A DNA stretch of 64,000 nucleotides from an uncultured Erysipelotrichaceae bacterium (GCA_902767375.1 CACXGV010000042.1:1188-65187), one strand, 5' to 3'. Positions 19,901 through 29,785 are shown, counted from the stretch's first letter. Notes: generated by a model from the letters alone, not told the origin. Numbers and translations: made by a program.

Positions 19901-20998
19901 CTAATCAAAGATAAAAATATGATTTGAATAATTAAAATTCCATTCTGGATATTTTAATAATAGTTCTTCATTTTTTAAATAATCATAACTATAAAGTTTA
20001 TCTTCACTTAAATAATATACTTTACTGCCATTACTCTTGACTATTTGTTTAACTTTTAGATTACTTATTATAATGGGATAATTGTCGATAGTTAAATACA
20101 ATGTACTATTATCTAAATAGTAATTATATATTTCTTTGTTTGAAAATTTAATTTCTTGATTAATTACTTTTGTTAAGGATTCATTTTTCCATACATTATT
20201 TTCTAGTATTCTACATGTATTTTCTTTAGAAATAATATTGAATTTAGATTTTTTTAAGTCTATTTCATATTCAAATTTGTTTTTCTTATCTACAAGGTAT
20301 GCCTTATTTTTATATACTCCTAGGAAAAAACTTTCATATGATATTTCAAAATCACTTATTATTGATTTTAATGTTTTTTTGTTAATATCATAAACATATA
20401 ATTTAGTAAAGAAATATTCCGAATCGTAATCTGGGAAAAATAATAAATTGTTTGATTGATATGTTAAGCTGTTTTGATAATTGTCCTTATTAAAAAATTT
20501 GTTTAAATCCTCATCTAAATCGGGGATACTATAAAAACCCTTATAATTCCAGATTAGGAAACGATTGGACTTATTATATATTGAAATATTTTGGTATGTA
20601 CTTTGAACTTCTGGCTTTTTACTATCATATCCTATTAGTTTCTTCATAGCACTGCTGGTAGTATTTGCATCAATAAGATTGCCTTTTTGAGAACAAATTG
20701 ACTTTTTTTCACCACTTATATTTACTATTAAGCATGTTTCATCTTTTTCTTCATATTTTTCAATGGTTGTAATATGTTTTCTCTTTCTAGTATAATTTTT
20801 GTGGAGAAATATGGGATAATCTATTTCTTCACTGTTTAGAATATAGAGATATCCATGATTATCTTTTTGATACTCTTCTGTTATCTTAATATCATTAATT
20901 ACGTAATTTAAGACGTAATTTTTAGGTGATAGAATCACAATGAGAAAGATAATAAAAAGAATACTAATTATAAATATTACAGTATATAATTTTTTCAT
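19901..20998 (-). CDS. Hypothetical membrane-anchored (N-terminal TM) extracytoplasmic protein
   Basis: The 365-aa product has an N-terminal anchor (LYTVIFIISILFIIFLIVIL). The remainder is Asn/Tyr-rich, beta-like sequence with no recognisable motif. Confidence 0.35.
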   Translation of the reverse strand: MKKLYTVIFIISILFIIFLIVILSPKNYVLNYVINDIKITEEYQKDNHGYLYILNSEEIDYPIFLHKNYTRKRKHITTIEKYEEKDETCLIVNISGEKKSICSQKGNLIDANTTSSAMKKLIGYDSKKPEVQSTYQNISIYNKSNRFLIWNYKGFYSIPDLDEDLNKFFNKDNYQNSLTYQSNNLLFFPDYDSEYFFTKLYVYDINKKTLKSIISDFEISYESFFLGVYKNKAYLVDKKNKFEYEIDLKKSKFNIISKENTCRILENNVWKNESLTKVINQEIKFSNKEIYNYYLDNSTLYLTIDNYPIIISNLKVKQIVKSNGSKVYYLSEDKLYSYDYLKNEELLLKYPEWNFNYSNHIFIFD

Positions 20999-21025
20999 TA
21001 TTTCACCACTTTCGAAAAAAGAATT

Positions 21026-21478
21026 CTATTTAGAATCCTTTTCTTCTTCTCTTGATTTATATTTTTTCTTAGCTTCTATCATAAATGCAGTAATGTTCTT
21101 TTGAATTTCAGGTAGAGCTCTTTTAGAAATATTAGAAAATGTTGCAGTTTCTTTAATTGTATCTATTGTTATCATTCCCCAAATTATACCCGCATTCACT
21201 TCTAAGTCATTGTAAAGATCTGGCGTAATTGTGTTTACGCGATAGCCAATAATGATACGATCTTGAGCAATTATTAATCTTTCATTGGTTAGAGCTAAAA
21301 CTCCTGTGTCAAAGATACTTCCGTGAGAAGCATTATATTGAGCTGCAAATGCAAAATTAACTCTTTCATTAGGATTTAGATTCTTATCTATAATTTTGCA
21401 ATGTTGTTTGATTCTCCAACATATTGTTGCTGGATATTTGCGTCTGAATTCACGCACTAATTCGTATGTAGAAGCCAT
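21026..21478 (-). CDS. Hypothetical soluble protein, possibly a bacterial PH (YokE-like) domain
   Basis: This is a 150-aa soluble protein. The segment LALTNERLIIAQDRIIIGYRVNTITPDLYNDLEV resembles bacterial PH-domain proteins. The assignment is weak. Confidence 0.3.
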   Translation of the reverse strand: MASTYELVREFRRKYPATICWRIKQHCKIIDKNLNPNERVNFAFAAQYNASHGSIFDTGVLALTNERLIIAQDRIIIGYRVNTITPDLYNDLEVNAGIIWGMITIDTIKETATFSNISKRALPEIQKNITAFMIEAKKKYKSREEEKDSK

Positions 21479-21491
21479 AATATTCCTCTTT

Positions 21492-22319
21492 CTATTTAAT
21501 TAATCCAACTGATTTTAGTTTAGCTACTAAAGCGTCTTTATCAACATATCCACTAATACAGTCAAAGCTTTTGCCGTTCTTAGTAAAAATTGTTAATGGA
21601 GTCCCAAATCCTGATGATAGTGGAGCTTCTTCTTTATTCTTAGCACATGATGCAGGAATCATTAGCCCAGAGTTCATAATTTTTGAATATTCATTTTTAT
21701 CAAATGAGTCTGAATCAAAATAATAAATGTCCACTTTTTCTTCATCTGCTACTTCATTATAAACTGGTTTATATTTATTACACCAACCACATGAATTTCT
21801 TCCAAATACTGCCATTGTAACTTTTTTACTATTAACTAAATCCATGTATTCCTTGTATGTAGAAACTGTTTTATATGCTATTTCATCATCTGGAATTATG
21901 TTATTTAAATATTTATCAATTCTGATTTGTAAATCTTTTTCAGATAATTTGTTTGATGAAGCCCAAACAACTTTTCCATCTTTAATAATTCCAAATACGT
22001 TTTCCATTTGAAATTCACTATTGTATTCTTTTAACTTAGATCTTTCTTCTGAAGTTAGTTTTGATGTATCAACAGTGAATACAGTAATTTTATTTTGTTT
22101 TCTTAGATTAATTAAAAAATCTTTATATGGACCATATTCATCCTTATCTGTAGTTCCTACATAAAATAATGCAAAGTTAAGATTACCTACTGATTTTTCG
22201 AAATCAGAAAATGTTTTAACTTCGACTCTATTACTATTAATTGAATTGACAATCATAGGAATAATTAAAATGATTGCTATTCCAATTCCTAATAACCAAT
22301 TTTTTACTTTTCCTTCCAT
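21492..22319 (-). CDS. Membrane-anchored thioredoxin-like protein (CGWC active site)
   Basis: An N-terminal TM is followed by two thioredoxin-like halves. The second half carries FGRNSCGWCNKYKP and the first lacks CxxC. Confidence 0.65.
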   Translation of the reverse strand: MEGKVKNWLLGIGIAIILIIPMIVNSINSNRVEVKTFSDFEKSVGNLNFALFYVGTTDKDEYGPYKDFLINLRKQNKITVFTVDTSKLTSEERSKLKEYNSEFQMENVFGIIKDGKVVWASSNKLSEKDLQIRIDKYLNNIIPDDEIAYKTVSTYKEYMDLVNSKKVTMAVFGRNSCGWCNKYKPVYNEVADEEKVDIYYFDSDSFDKNEYSKIMNSGLMIPASCAKNKEEAPLSSGFGTPLTIFTKNGKSFDCISGYVDKDALVAKLKSVGLIK

Positions 22320-22393
22320 TATTTACCTCCTAATAGTATTTTATCTTTTTTCGACTGTTTAATCAAGGTTTTAGGACTAAATTACATATTATA

Positions 22394-23041
22394 TTAGTCT
22401 TTAAAACTTGCATCAACATAATATATTGGTCTGTTTTCTTTAAAGTACTGTTTTTCAAAATCAGTCATTATATTTGGTATAGGATCTTCATCATGGTGAA
22501 GATCTAAACTCACACGATTAAATTCATACCAATACTGTGATAGGGTTTCAAGTGAATAGGCAAATAACCCTTTGTTATCAGTTTTTAAAATTATATGTTT
22601 ATTTTTTTTAAAGATTCTATCATATAGTTTTAAATAGCTAATGTGAGTAAATCTTTTTGATTCATCGTGTTTTTTTGGCCATGGTTCTGAAAAAGTCAAA
22701 TAAATTGTATCAATTTCTTTTCCAAAATAATTAACAATATTTTTAGCATCAGCACATATTAATTTTAGATTAGCTATTTTTTGATTATTAAGCCTAGTTG
22801 CGGCTGTAGCAGTTTGTGACTCGTTTAATTCTAATCCTATAAAATTAATATTTGGATATTTTAAGGCCATATTAATGATAAAATCCCCTCTGCCCATACC
22901 TAATTCTAAGTTTATAGGATTTTTGTTACCAAACAAATCATTCCACTTATTTTTATATTTTTCTGGATTATTTATAACATAATTAGAATTTTTAATGATA
23001 TTAGCGGCATCTTTTACTTTATTATATTCCATAGTAATCAC
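22394..23041 (-). CDS. trmB: tRNA (guanine46-N7)-methyltransferase
   Basis: LELGMGRGDF is the SAM motif. FSEPWPKKHDESKRF is the TrmB signature. Confidence 0.88.
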   Translation of the reverse strand: MITMEYNKVKDAANIIKNSNYVINNPEKYKNKWNDLFGNKNPINLELGMGRGDFIINMALKYPNINFIGLELNESQTATAATRLNNQKIANLKLICADAKNIVNYFGKEIDTIYLTFSEPWPKKHDESKRFTHISYLKLYDRIFKKNKHIILKTDNKGLFAYSLETLSQYWYEFNRVSLDLHHDEDPIPNIMTDFEKQYFKENRPIYYVDASFKD

Positions 23042-23072
23042 TTCCTTATTTAATTATATCATTACAGGGGAA

Positions 23073-23100
23073 TAAAAAAAAGAACCTTATTAGTTCTTTA
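23073..23100 (-). terminator. Terminator downstream of tmRNA
   Basis: On the minus strand AAAGAAC-TAATAAG-GTTCTTT is followed by TTTTTTTT. Confidence 0.75.
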
Positions 23101-23110
23101 GAAGCTTAAA

Positions 23111-23465
23111 TGGTGGAGCCGACCAGAATCGAACTGGTGTCCAAAAGTATTTCTCAATATGCTCTACAAGTTTAGATAATTTGTTATTTCATTAGTGCCC
23201 CGCAAATTATCTAAAGAATCACTAACTGAGCTTATTAAATTTCGTTCAATAAACTAAGCAATTTATTAAATATATTCTACTATTATGAACCAACTATAAA
23301 CTCTGTAGAATTAATTTATAGCCAGTGATCCGTGCCTTTAATTAGGCAAATGCTAGATCAGTATTAAAATTAAATTTGTCAGTTATTTTAACTGTTTGCT
23401 GATTAGGTCAGCAACCACTTGCACATAAAGCAAAATATTCTTTTGTCGAAGCCAAAAACGGCCCC
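23111..23465 (-). ncRNA. ssrA: tmRNA (SsrA)
   Basis: The minus-strand 5' end is GGGGCCGTTTTTGGCTTCGAC. The 3' end is GGACACCAGTTCGATTCTGGTCGGCTCCACCA, a tRNA-Ala-like acceptor and T-arm. An internal tag ORF reads GAC AAA TTT AAT TTT AAT ACT GAT CTA GCA TTT GCC TAA, encoding (A)DKFNFNTDLAFA. Confidence 0.92.
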
Positions 23466-23493
23466 ATGTGCAATTATATTAGCATATATGGGG

Positions 23494-23805
23494 CTATTTT
23501 TCAAGTTCATCAGGTAATTTAATATTTACTTCACCATCTTTAGATAGCATGAATTTTTCACGAGCATATTCGGCTGCATAGTCTGGATTTTGTAATTTAG
23601 TAATTTGTGATTTTAAGTCTTGTTCTGTTCTAAGTAATTCATTATATTCTACTTCTAATTTTGCTTTTTCTTTTTTGTTAGCGAGTATTTGAGTCCAATA
23701 ATGGATTGAAAAAACTGCTAAATAAGAAATAATAATCACGATTAATAGAGACCAAATTAAGAAACGGCGTTTAGCTTTTTTGGTAATTTTTCCCATATCA
23801 AACAC
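23494..23805 (-). CDS. divIC: Septum formation initiator (DivIC/FtsB family)
   Basis: It has a single TM followed by a coiled coil (KAKLEVEYNELLRTEQDLKSQITKLQNPDYAAEYAREKF). It lies downstream of yabP-yabQ as in Bacillus. Confidence 0.8.
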   Translation of the reverse strand: MFDMGKITKKAKRRFLIWSLLIVIIISYLAVFSIHYWTQILANKKEKAKLEVEYNELLRTEQDLKSQITKLQNPDYAAEYAREKFMLSKDGEVNIKLPDELEK

Positions 23806-23862
23806 TCTCCTACCATAAATTATATCATTTAGAATTATTAATAAAAGTCTTTCTACTTTACT

Positions 23863-24102
23863 TTACACTTTTTTTGTTAAATTTGACACGTAATTATATA
23901 TTAAAAAACCTAATATAAGATTTATTTTTAAAATATAATTGATTGTACCATTATTTAATAAATAGATTAAATAAATATATAGGGTAGTTACAATAATAGT
24001 ACATACAAGAGTAAATAATTTTTTGTTTTTAGATACTGTAAATATTATTCCATATATGATGCCAATTATAATTGAAATGATTATTTGAATTAGTTGATTC
24101 AT
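23863..24102 (-). CDS. yabQ: Spore cortex biosynthesis protein YabQ-like small membrane protein
   Basis: This is a 79-aa membrane protein with three TM segments. It lies directly after yabP and before divIC, so the call rests on synteny. Confidence 0.6.
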   Translation of the reverse strand: MNQLIQIIISIIIGIIYGIIFTVSKNKKLFTLVCTIIVTTLYIYLIYLLNNGTINYILKINLILGFLIYNYVSNLTKKV

Positions 24103-24383
24103 TATTTAAATAATTTAGCAATTAAGCTATCTTCTTTAGCGCGAATATCAGTATAACTAAAGGAATTAACTTTTCCTTTAATAGAAACATTCCCTTCTAT
24201 GGTGTCTAATTTTACCATTTCAAGGTTTTCTCCTTTAATTATTATATTGCCCATAATGGATTCTAAATTAAACTCTTTATCATCAAAACTTATTATTTTT
24301 TTAATTCCACTTATAACTATACTTTTTCGATCGTTTAGTTTTATTATATGTGAATATACTGGGTTATCAATTATTTTATCCAT
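24102..24383 (-). CDS. yabP: Sporulation protein YabP
   Basis: H-IKLNDRKSIVISGIKKIISFDDKEF...IKGENLEMVKLDTIEGNVSIKGKV shows the typical YabP repeat pattern. Confidence 0.8.
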   Translation of the reverse strand: MDKIIDNPVYSHIIKLNDRKSIVISGIKKIISFDDKEFNLESIMGNIIIKGENLEMVKLDTIEGNVSIKGKVNSFSYTDIRAKEDSLIAKLFK

Positions 24384-24425
24384 AAATCCTCCAATAATAT
24401 TTATGCTTTATTGATTAATTTATGT

Positions 24426-24452
24426 ATAAAAAAAAGTTCACATTGTGAACTT
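24426..24452 (-). terminator. Terminator after spoVG
   Basis: On the minus strand AAGTTCACA-AT-GTGAACTT is followed by TTTTTTT. Confidence 0.7.
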
Positions 24453-24720
24453 ATTCTTCTACAGGTGCTTCTGCTTTTTTGTATTCTTCAAAAATAGCAT
24501 CTTCGAATTGTTTACGTACGTCAGAATTGATAGGGTGAGCTATGTCTCTGTATCCAGTAGCAGTTTTTCTACTAGGCATTGCGATAAATAGTCCGTTCTC
24601 TCCTTCAATGATTCGGATATCATGAACGGCAAATGCATCATCGATTAAAACTGATGCTAGTCCTTTCATATGTGATCCTTCTTTTTCAACTTTACGTACA
24701 CTAACTGATGTAATTTGCAT
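24451..24720 (-). CDS. spoVG: Septation/regulatory protein SpoVG
   Basis: [52 protein letters not shown] is a near-canonical SpoVG sequence. Confidence 0.93.
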   Translation of the reverse strand: MQITSVSVRKVEKEGSHMKGLASVLIDDAFAVHDIRIIEGENGLFIAMPSRKTATGYRDIAHPINSDVRKQFEDAIFEEYKKAEAPVEE

Positions 24721-24785
24721 AACATCACTCCTCTCATATGTTCGTTAATTTAATTTTAAAGCGTTTCAATTAAAAATGCAATAGT

Positions 24786-24995
24786 TTATAGAAATGTTAT
24801 TAAAATATCTTTACTAAGGATATCGTTATAACTATAGCTCTTTCTTTCAATGTGATTTGATACGATAAATACATGGGCATAGCACTCAGTTATGTATCCA
24901 TAAAATACTTCATTTCGGTTTCGATTTTCTTTAGATATAACTTTTACTTCTTGGTTTAAATTATTTTTTATTTTGCTTTTAATGCTTTCAATCAT
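24786..24995 (-). CDS. veg: Veg protein
   Basis: The 69-aa product contains IKSKIKNNLNQEVKVISKENRNRNEVFYGYITECYAHVFIV, the Veg pattern. Synteny with yabG and spoVG supports the call. Confidence 0.8.
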   Translation of the reverse strand: MIESIKSKIKNNLNQEVKVISKENRNRNEVFYGYITECYAHVFIVSNHIERKSYSYNDILSKDILITFL

Positions 24996-25765
24996 CTTGG
25001 ATACCCCACATACATAAGTCCATTACAAATAACTCCCCCTATTCCATTTGAACCATATTTTGTTTTATTTAAAAGCTCAATTAAATCTATTGTTTCTTGC
25101 TTATTCGTTAATGCTATTGTGGTAGCTATAATTGCTGGATCTAAGGCATGGATATTTACTCGTTTTGGGCTTGATGCAAAATTTGCACCAGATTTTATTA
25201 ATTCTTCATAATTACTTTGACATGCACCAGCAATAATAACTAGCTTTTCGTGATTTTTTTCATATTTTCGAGCTTCTTTTACTGCTGCACAAAAATACTT
25301 AGAATTCTTATAATTTTTTAAATCCTTTTTATCATTTCTTTTTTTAAAATAGGCATCGTGTCCTGTTAGGATTAAAATATCGGGTTCATATTCTTTTAAT
25401 AATTTTCCTATTTTGTATGGCATTTCTTCTTCTTTTAATACTTTTCCGACTGCCTGAAGGTTATTATTCTTGTAGTAGTTTAAACATCTATTTAAGTATT
25501 CATTGTCACCATCACAGTGGAGAATTCTTGCTGGCAAGTAAAAGTATTCATCTCGGTCCAATAAATCTGGTTCTTTGATATTATCGCCAAAACTATCTTT
25601 AACATCTTCTTCATATTTTACTAAATCTTCAATTGGACTATCAGCAAATAATCTTATATTTATTCCTTTTAAATAGCATATGTTTTCTTCTATATTTAGT
25701 ATTTTAAAGACAATATCATGATTATAACTTTTTCTCGTTACTTGATCTCCTTTTTTTAAATCCAT
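24992..25765 (-). CDS. yabG: Sporulation-specific peptidase YabG
   Basis: The N-terminus is KKGDQVTRKSYNHDIVFKI. The product also contains ILILTGHDAY and IIAGACQS. It lies next to veg and rsmA as in Bacillus. Confidence 0.8.
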   Translation of the reverse strand: MDLKKGDQVTRKSYNHDIVFKILNIEENICYLKGINIRLFADSPIEDLVKYEEDVKDSFGDNIKEPDLLDRDEYFYLPARILHCDGDNEYLNRCLNYYKNNNLQAVGKVLKEEEMPYKIGKLLKEYEPDILILTGHDAYFKKRNDKKDLKNYKNSKYFCAAVKEARKYEKNHEKLVIIAGACQSNYEELIKSGANFASSPKRVNIHALDPAIIATTIALTNKQETIDLIELLNKTKYGSNGIGGVICNGLMYVGYPR

Positions 25766-25805
25766 AAGCCACCTAGATATATTTATGCAAAAAAAAGATA
25801 ATTTA

Positions 25806-26582
25806 TTATAAATTATCTGTAATTTTTATATATGTTTCTAATGGAATACTTTCTGCTCTATCTAAAAGTGAATAACCATCTTCTTTTAAAATTGCTTCTA
25901 TTTTGTTTAAATCATAACCTTTTAAATTATTCCGTAAATTCTTTCTTTTAAATTTAAATGCATTTTTTATGAGATTGTTGAATTTATTGAAATCAGTGTT
26001 ATTTTTAGGTTTTGATAAAAATTGTATGACAACGCTATCAACATTTGGCTTAGGGAAAAAGCAATTACGATTAACATTAAATAAGATTTTAATATCATAA
26101 AAATAGTTTAAGAATACTGTTATATATCCATAATCTTTACTTTTTGGTTTAGCACTAAGTCTTTCTCCAACTTCTTTTTGCATCATTAGGGTAAGAGAAA
26201 TTGGATTTAGATTTGATAATGCTATTTTTTCAATTATCGGAGTAGTAATATAATATGGAATATTAGCAACGAAATAAATGTTTTTATATTTTATGTCTTT
26301 TATATCTTCTAATATATTAGTTTCAAGAAAATCCTTAAAAAGAAAAGTAGTTTTGTCATTTTTAATTAAATTTAGTCTTTCTTTTAATGAAGTATCAATT
26401 TCATAACACACTATGTTCGCATTAAATTTTTGTAACCATTTAGTTAGATTTCCCGAACCTGGTCCTATTTCAATAATAAGATCGTCTTCATTTGGATTAA
26501 TAGATTTATATATTTTTTCTAAGATGTTTGAATCATTTAGAAAGTTTTGACCATATTTTTTTTTAAATATATGCTGTTCCAT
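25806..26582 (-). CDS. rsmA: 16S rRNA (adenine1518/1519-N6)-dimethyltransferase
   Basis: KKYGQNFLND, EIGPGSGNLT and ANIPYYITTPI are present. Confidence 0.92.
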   Translation of the reverse strand: MEQHIFKKKYGQNFLNDSNILEKIYKSINPNEDDLIIEIGPGSGNLTKWLQKFNANIVCYEIDTSLKERLNLIKNDKTTFLFKDFLETNILEDIKDIKYKNIYFVANIPYYITTPIIEKIALSNLNPISLTLMMQKEVGERLSAKPKSKDYGYITVFLNYFYDIKILFNVNRNCFFPKPNVDSVVIQFLSKPKNNTDFNKFNNLIKNAFKFKRKNLRNNLKGYDLNKIEAILKEDGYSLLDRAESIPLETYIKITDNL

Positions 26583-26628
26583 ATAACACCTCTAAGTGAA
26601 TTTTAGCATAAAAAAAGATAGTTTTAAA

Positions 26629-27162
26629 CTATCTGTGATATCCAAACCTTAAAATATTATAGCTAATTAAATGTCTTCCTATATATTTTGAGGCAAATTC
26701 TTCTGATTCTACTAATAGATCAATATCGGTTCCTAAAACGCCACGATCTAGAACTATTGCCGTAATCATTCCTTCTTCATTGATTATATTACCATCAAAT
26801 TGAATAATAGATCCACATGCTAAATTTCTAGATGATGCTACTATTCTAACAGTACCATAATCTTTATCTTCATAAGTTGTTGTTTTGTCTAAAACATTTT
26901 GGCCATTACATCCAAGGTGACCATTACATAAAGGACAATCTGCAGCATATCCAGTTAAATCTCCATTATAAACATCTAGTGGTGTATATAAATCATTACG
27001 TACTATTTCTTCATATTTTATCGCCATAGCGTGTAAATCTAGTGTTTTATTTAAATTGTTATTAGATGTTTTCGTTGTACTTTGAGGAATGGTAGCTTCG
27101 GTGCACATAAAAACAAAAGCTAATACTATAATAAGTTGAGAAATATATTTGAATACTTTCAT
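26629..27162 (-). CDS. Secreted 3D-domain protein (YabE/MltA-like)
   Basis: It has a signal peptide. The 3D-domain pattern is LTGYAADCPLC...VRIVASS...GSIIQFDG...AIVLDRG...IDLLV. It occupies the position of Bacillus yabE. Confidence 0.7.
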   Translation of the reverse strand: MKVFKYISQLIIVLAFVFMCTEATIPQSTTKTSNNNLNKTLDLHAMAIKYEEIVRNDLYTPLDVYNGDLTGYAADCPLCNGHLGCNGQNVLDKTTTYEDKDYGTVRIVASSRNLACGSIIQFDGNIINEEGMITAIVLDRGVLGTDIDLLVESEEFASKYIGRHLISYNILRFGYHR

Positions 27163-27197
27163 TTTGTCACCTACATTCTAAAATAATTTTAGCATGA

Positions 27198-27953
27198 TTA
27201 TTTGGTTATGTCAAAAATATCATGAAAATTTGATTCTAGAATATTTGCAATTTCTTCATTTGGAAGGTTATATATTTTGACTAATTCATCTATTACAAAT
27301 TTTAAGTACATTGGTTCATTAGGAAGTCCACGAAGCGGAGCTGGAGTTAAATATGGGCTATCGGTTTCAAGTAAAATAGATGTTAGAGGTATTTCTTTTA
27401 AGACTTCTCTTAATTTAGAATTTTTAAAGGTTAATACTCCTCCGATGCCTAATTTGTATCCTAGTTTTATATATTCTCTGGCTGTTTCTAGACTTCCTGA
27501 AAAGCAATGAATAATTCCTGTCGTATGAAATTTTTTTAAAGTCCTTATTAAATCATCTGTTGCATCCCTATTATGAATTATAACTGGCAGTTTAGTTATT
27601 TCACTTAGTTTTAAAAATTCTTCAAGAAGTTGTATTTGTTTTTCTTTATTATCTTTATTGTGATAATAATCTAAACCAATTTCTCCAATCGCTATTATTT
27701 TTGGATTTTGATAGTTACTTTTAATTTGATTAAATACTATTTTCCAGTCTTCATCTATATTGTCTGGATGAAGACCAAGTGCACCAAATACTTCTTCATA
27801 TTTTTGCGATGTTTCTAAAACTTCATTGTTTGTTTTGGGAGTATAACCATTTATTATTATTCTTCTAATATTATTATCTTTAAGGTTTTTAATTAGTTCA
27901 TCAGGATTATAATATTCATTTGATAAAATGTGACAATGTGTATCTGTAAACAT
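27198..27953 (-). CDS. tatD: TatD-family metal-dependent DNase/hydrolase
   Basis: MFTDTHCH, EIGLDY, IIHNRDA, IIHCFSG and ETDSPYL are present. The start is set at the ATG at 27953, which has an AAAGGA RBS and removes the overlap with metG. Confidence 0.9.
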   Translation of the reverse strand: MFTDTHCHILSNEYYNPDELIKNLKDNNIRRIIINGYTPKTNNEVLETSQKYEEVFGALGLHPDNIDEDWKIVFNQIKSNYQNPKIIAIGEIGLDYYHNKDNKEKQIQLLEEFLKLSEITKLPVIIHNRDATDDLIRTLKKFHTTGIIHCFSGSLETAREYIKLGYKLGIGGVLTFKNSKLREVLKEIPLTSILLETDSPYLTPAPLRGLPNEPMYLKFVIDELVKIYNLPNEEIANILESNFHDIFDITK

Positions 27954-27978
27954 ATTTTTTCCTTTCAAAAAAGGTGAA

Positions 27979-29520
27979 TTATTTTTCACCTTGTTCAATA
28001 CGAGTAAATAAGATTTGTGGTTCTTTTAATTTAGTTCCAGATGGGTATTGACCAAAAGTTTTTGTACTTTCATATGAAGTTAAGTCTGTATTTAATAAAT
28101 CAAATATTTTTTCACTAGTATCGGGAATAAATGCTTGTAAATATACGGCGCATACTCTTATAGTCTCTATTAAATTATATAAAACTGTTTTTAATCGATC
28201 TGTTTTTGTTTCATCTTTAGCTAGAGCCCAAGGTGTTGTTTCGTCTATATATTTATTTGCTGCCCTTAATACTTCAAAGATATCGGTAATTGCATCTGCT
28301 ATTCTTAATTTATCCATATCTTGTTTAACTTTAGAACCCAATTCTTCAACTAGTTTTATTAAATTTTCATCTTCTTTATCATTTACTTTGGTATTTTCAA
28401 CTATACCATCAAAATATTTATAGCTCATTGAAATAGTACGATTTACTAAGTTCCCAAGAATATTAGCTAAATCTGAATTGTTTCTTTCTATAATTAGGTC
28501 TTCTGTTATATTTCCATCATCAGCAAATGGTATTTCATGAAGCACATAATATCTAATTGTGTCTAAACCATATTTTTCAATTAAATCATCGGCATATAAA
28601 ACATTCCCTTTTGATTTACTCATCTTATCTGAACTAGTTAATAACCAAGGATGCCCAAAAACTTGTTTTGGTAGTTCTACTCCTAAAGCCATTAGAATGA
28701 TAGGCCAATAAATTGTATGGAATCTAATTATATCCTTACCTATCAAATGTAAATCAGCTGGCCAATATTTTTTAAAGAAGTCGGAACTCTCTTCTACGTC
28801 ATAACCTGGGAATGTTATATAGTTAGATAATGCATCAATCCAAACATATACTACATGTTTGTCATTAAAATCTACTTTTACACCCCAATCAAATGCTGTA
28901 CGTGATACGCATAAGTCTTGAAGACCTGGTTTTAGGAAATTATTAATCATTTCATTTTTTCTAGATTCAGGTTGAATAAATTCTGGATGTTCTTCTATAT
29001 ATTTAATTAGTTTGTCTTGATATTTTGAAAGTTTAAAAAAGTATGCTTCTTCACTTTTCTTTTCAACATCTCTTCCACAATCAGGACATTTACCATCTAC
29101 TAATTGAGTTTCGGTGAAGAATGATTCACATGGGGTACAATACCAACCTTCATATTTATCTAAATAAATATCTCCTTGATCGTATAGTTTTTTAAAGATA
29201 TGTTGAACTACTTCTTTATGATGAGGATCTGATGTTCTAACAAATCTATCATAAGTAGTGTTCATTAAGTCCCAAATTCTTTTTATTTCTGCGGCTTTTT
29301 CATCGACAAATTGCTGAGGTGTTAATCCCGCTTCAGCAGCTTTTAACTGAATTTTTTCACCATGTTCATCGGTTCCAGTCTGAAAATAAACATCATAACC
29401 TTCTAATCTCTTGTTTCTTGCAATGGCATCTGCAAGGACGATTTCATAGGTGTTCCCAATATGAGGCTTTCCAGATGCATATGCTATTGCGGTAGAGATA
29501 TAATACTTTTCTTTTTCCAT
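27979..29520 (-). CDS. metG: Methionyl-tRNA synthetase (short form, no C-terminal tRNA-binding appendix)
   Basis: AYASGKPHIGN is the HIGH motif and KMSKSKGN is the KMSKS motif. There is a CxxC...CPDC zinc knuckle. The start is at the ATG at 29520 (MEKEKYYIST). Confidence 0.93.
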   Translation of the reverse strand: MEKEKYYISTAIAYASGKPHIGNTYEIVLADAIARNKRLEGYDVYFQTGTDEHGEKIQLKAAEAGLTPQQFVDEKAAEIKRIWDLMNTTYDRFVRTSDPHHKEVVQHIFKKLYDQGDIYLDKYEGWYCTPCESFFTETQLVDGKCPDCGRDVEKKSEEAYFFKLSKYQDKLIKYIEEHPEFIQPESRKNEMINNFLKPGLQDLCVSRTAFDWGVKVDFNDKHVVYVWIDALSNYITFPGYDVEESSDFFKKYWPADLHLIGKDIIRFHTIYWPIILMALGVELPKQVFGHPWLLTSSDKMSKSKGNVLYADDLIEKYGLDTIRYYVLHEIPFADDGNITEDLIIERNNSDLANILGNLVNRTISMSYKYFDGIVENTKVNDKEDENLIKLVEELGSKVKQDMDKLRIADAITDIFEVLRAANKYIDETTPWALAKDETKTDRLKTVLYNLIETIRVCAVYLQAFIPDTSEKIFDLLNTDLTSYESTKTFGQYPSGTKLKEPQILFTRIEQGEK

Positions 29521-29539
29521 TTTTATCATTCCTTTCATT

Positions 29540-29736
29540 AAAAAAATCATGAACTAAAGGACGGATATTTCCGCGGTACCACCTTAATTCATGATTATCT
29601 CATGCTCTTTATCCTTAACGCGGATGAACGTTTAAACTCCAGAGCCATGTTCATTAATACCAATTAATTCTCTTTCAGCACATGAGAACTCTCTTTATAA
29701 TTAGTTATTAATTACTCTTTCCTTCTTCGCTTAATA
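29540..29736 (-). promoter_or_regulatory. T-box riboswitch leader (Met specifier) controlling metG
   Basis: The minus strand carries stem I elements (AGAGAG...GCTGAAAGAG) and an AUG specifier in GAACAUGGCUCUGGAG. The conserved T-box AAGGTGGTACCGCG is present. The terminator is TCATGAA..AAGG/CCTTTAGTTCATGA followed by TTTTTTT. An upstream promoter reads TTGATT-17-TAAAAT with a TGn extension (29742-29770). Confidence 0.88.
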
Positions 29737-29785
29737 AGAAGATTTTAGCACAGGTTATTTTTAAAATCAAGAATGTTAGTTATTT

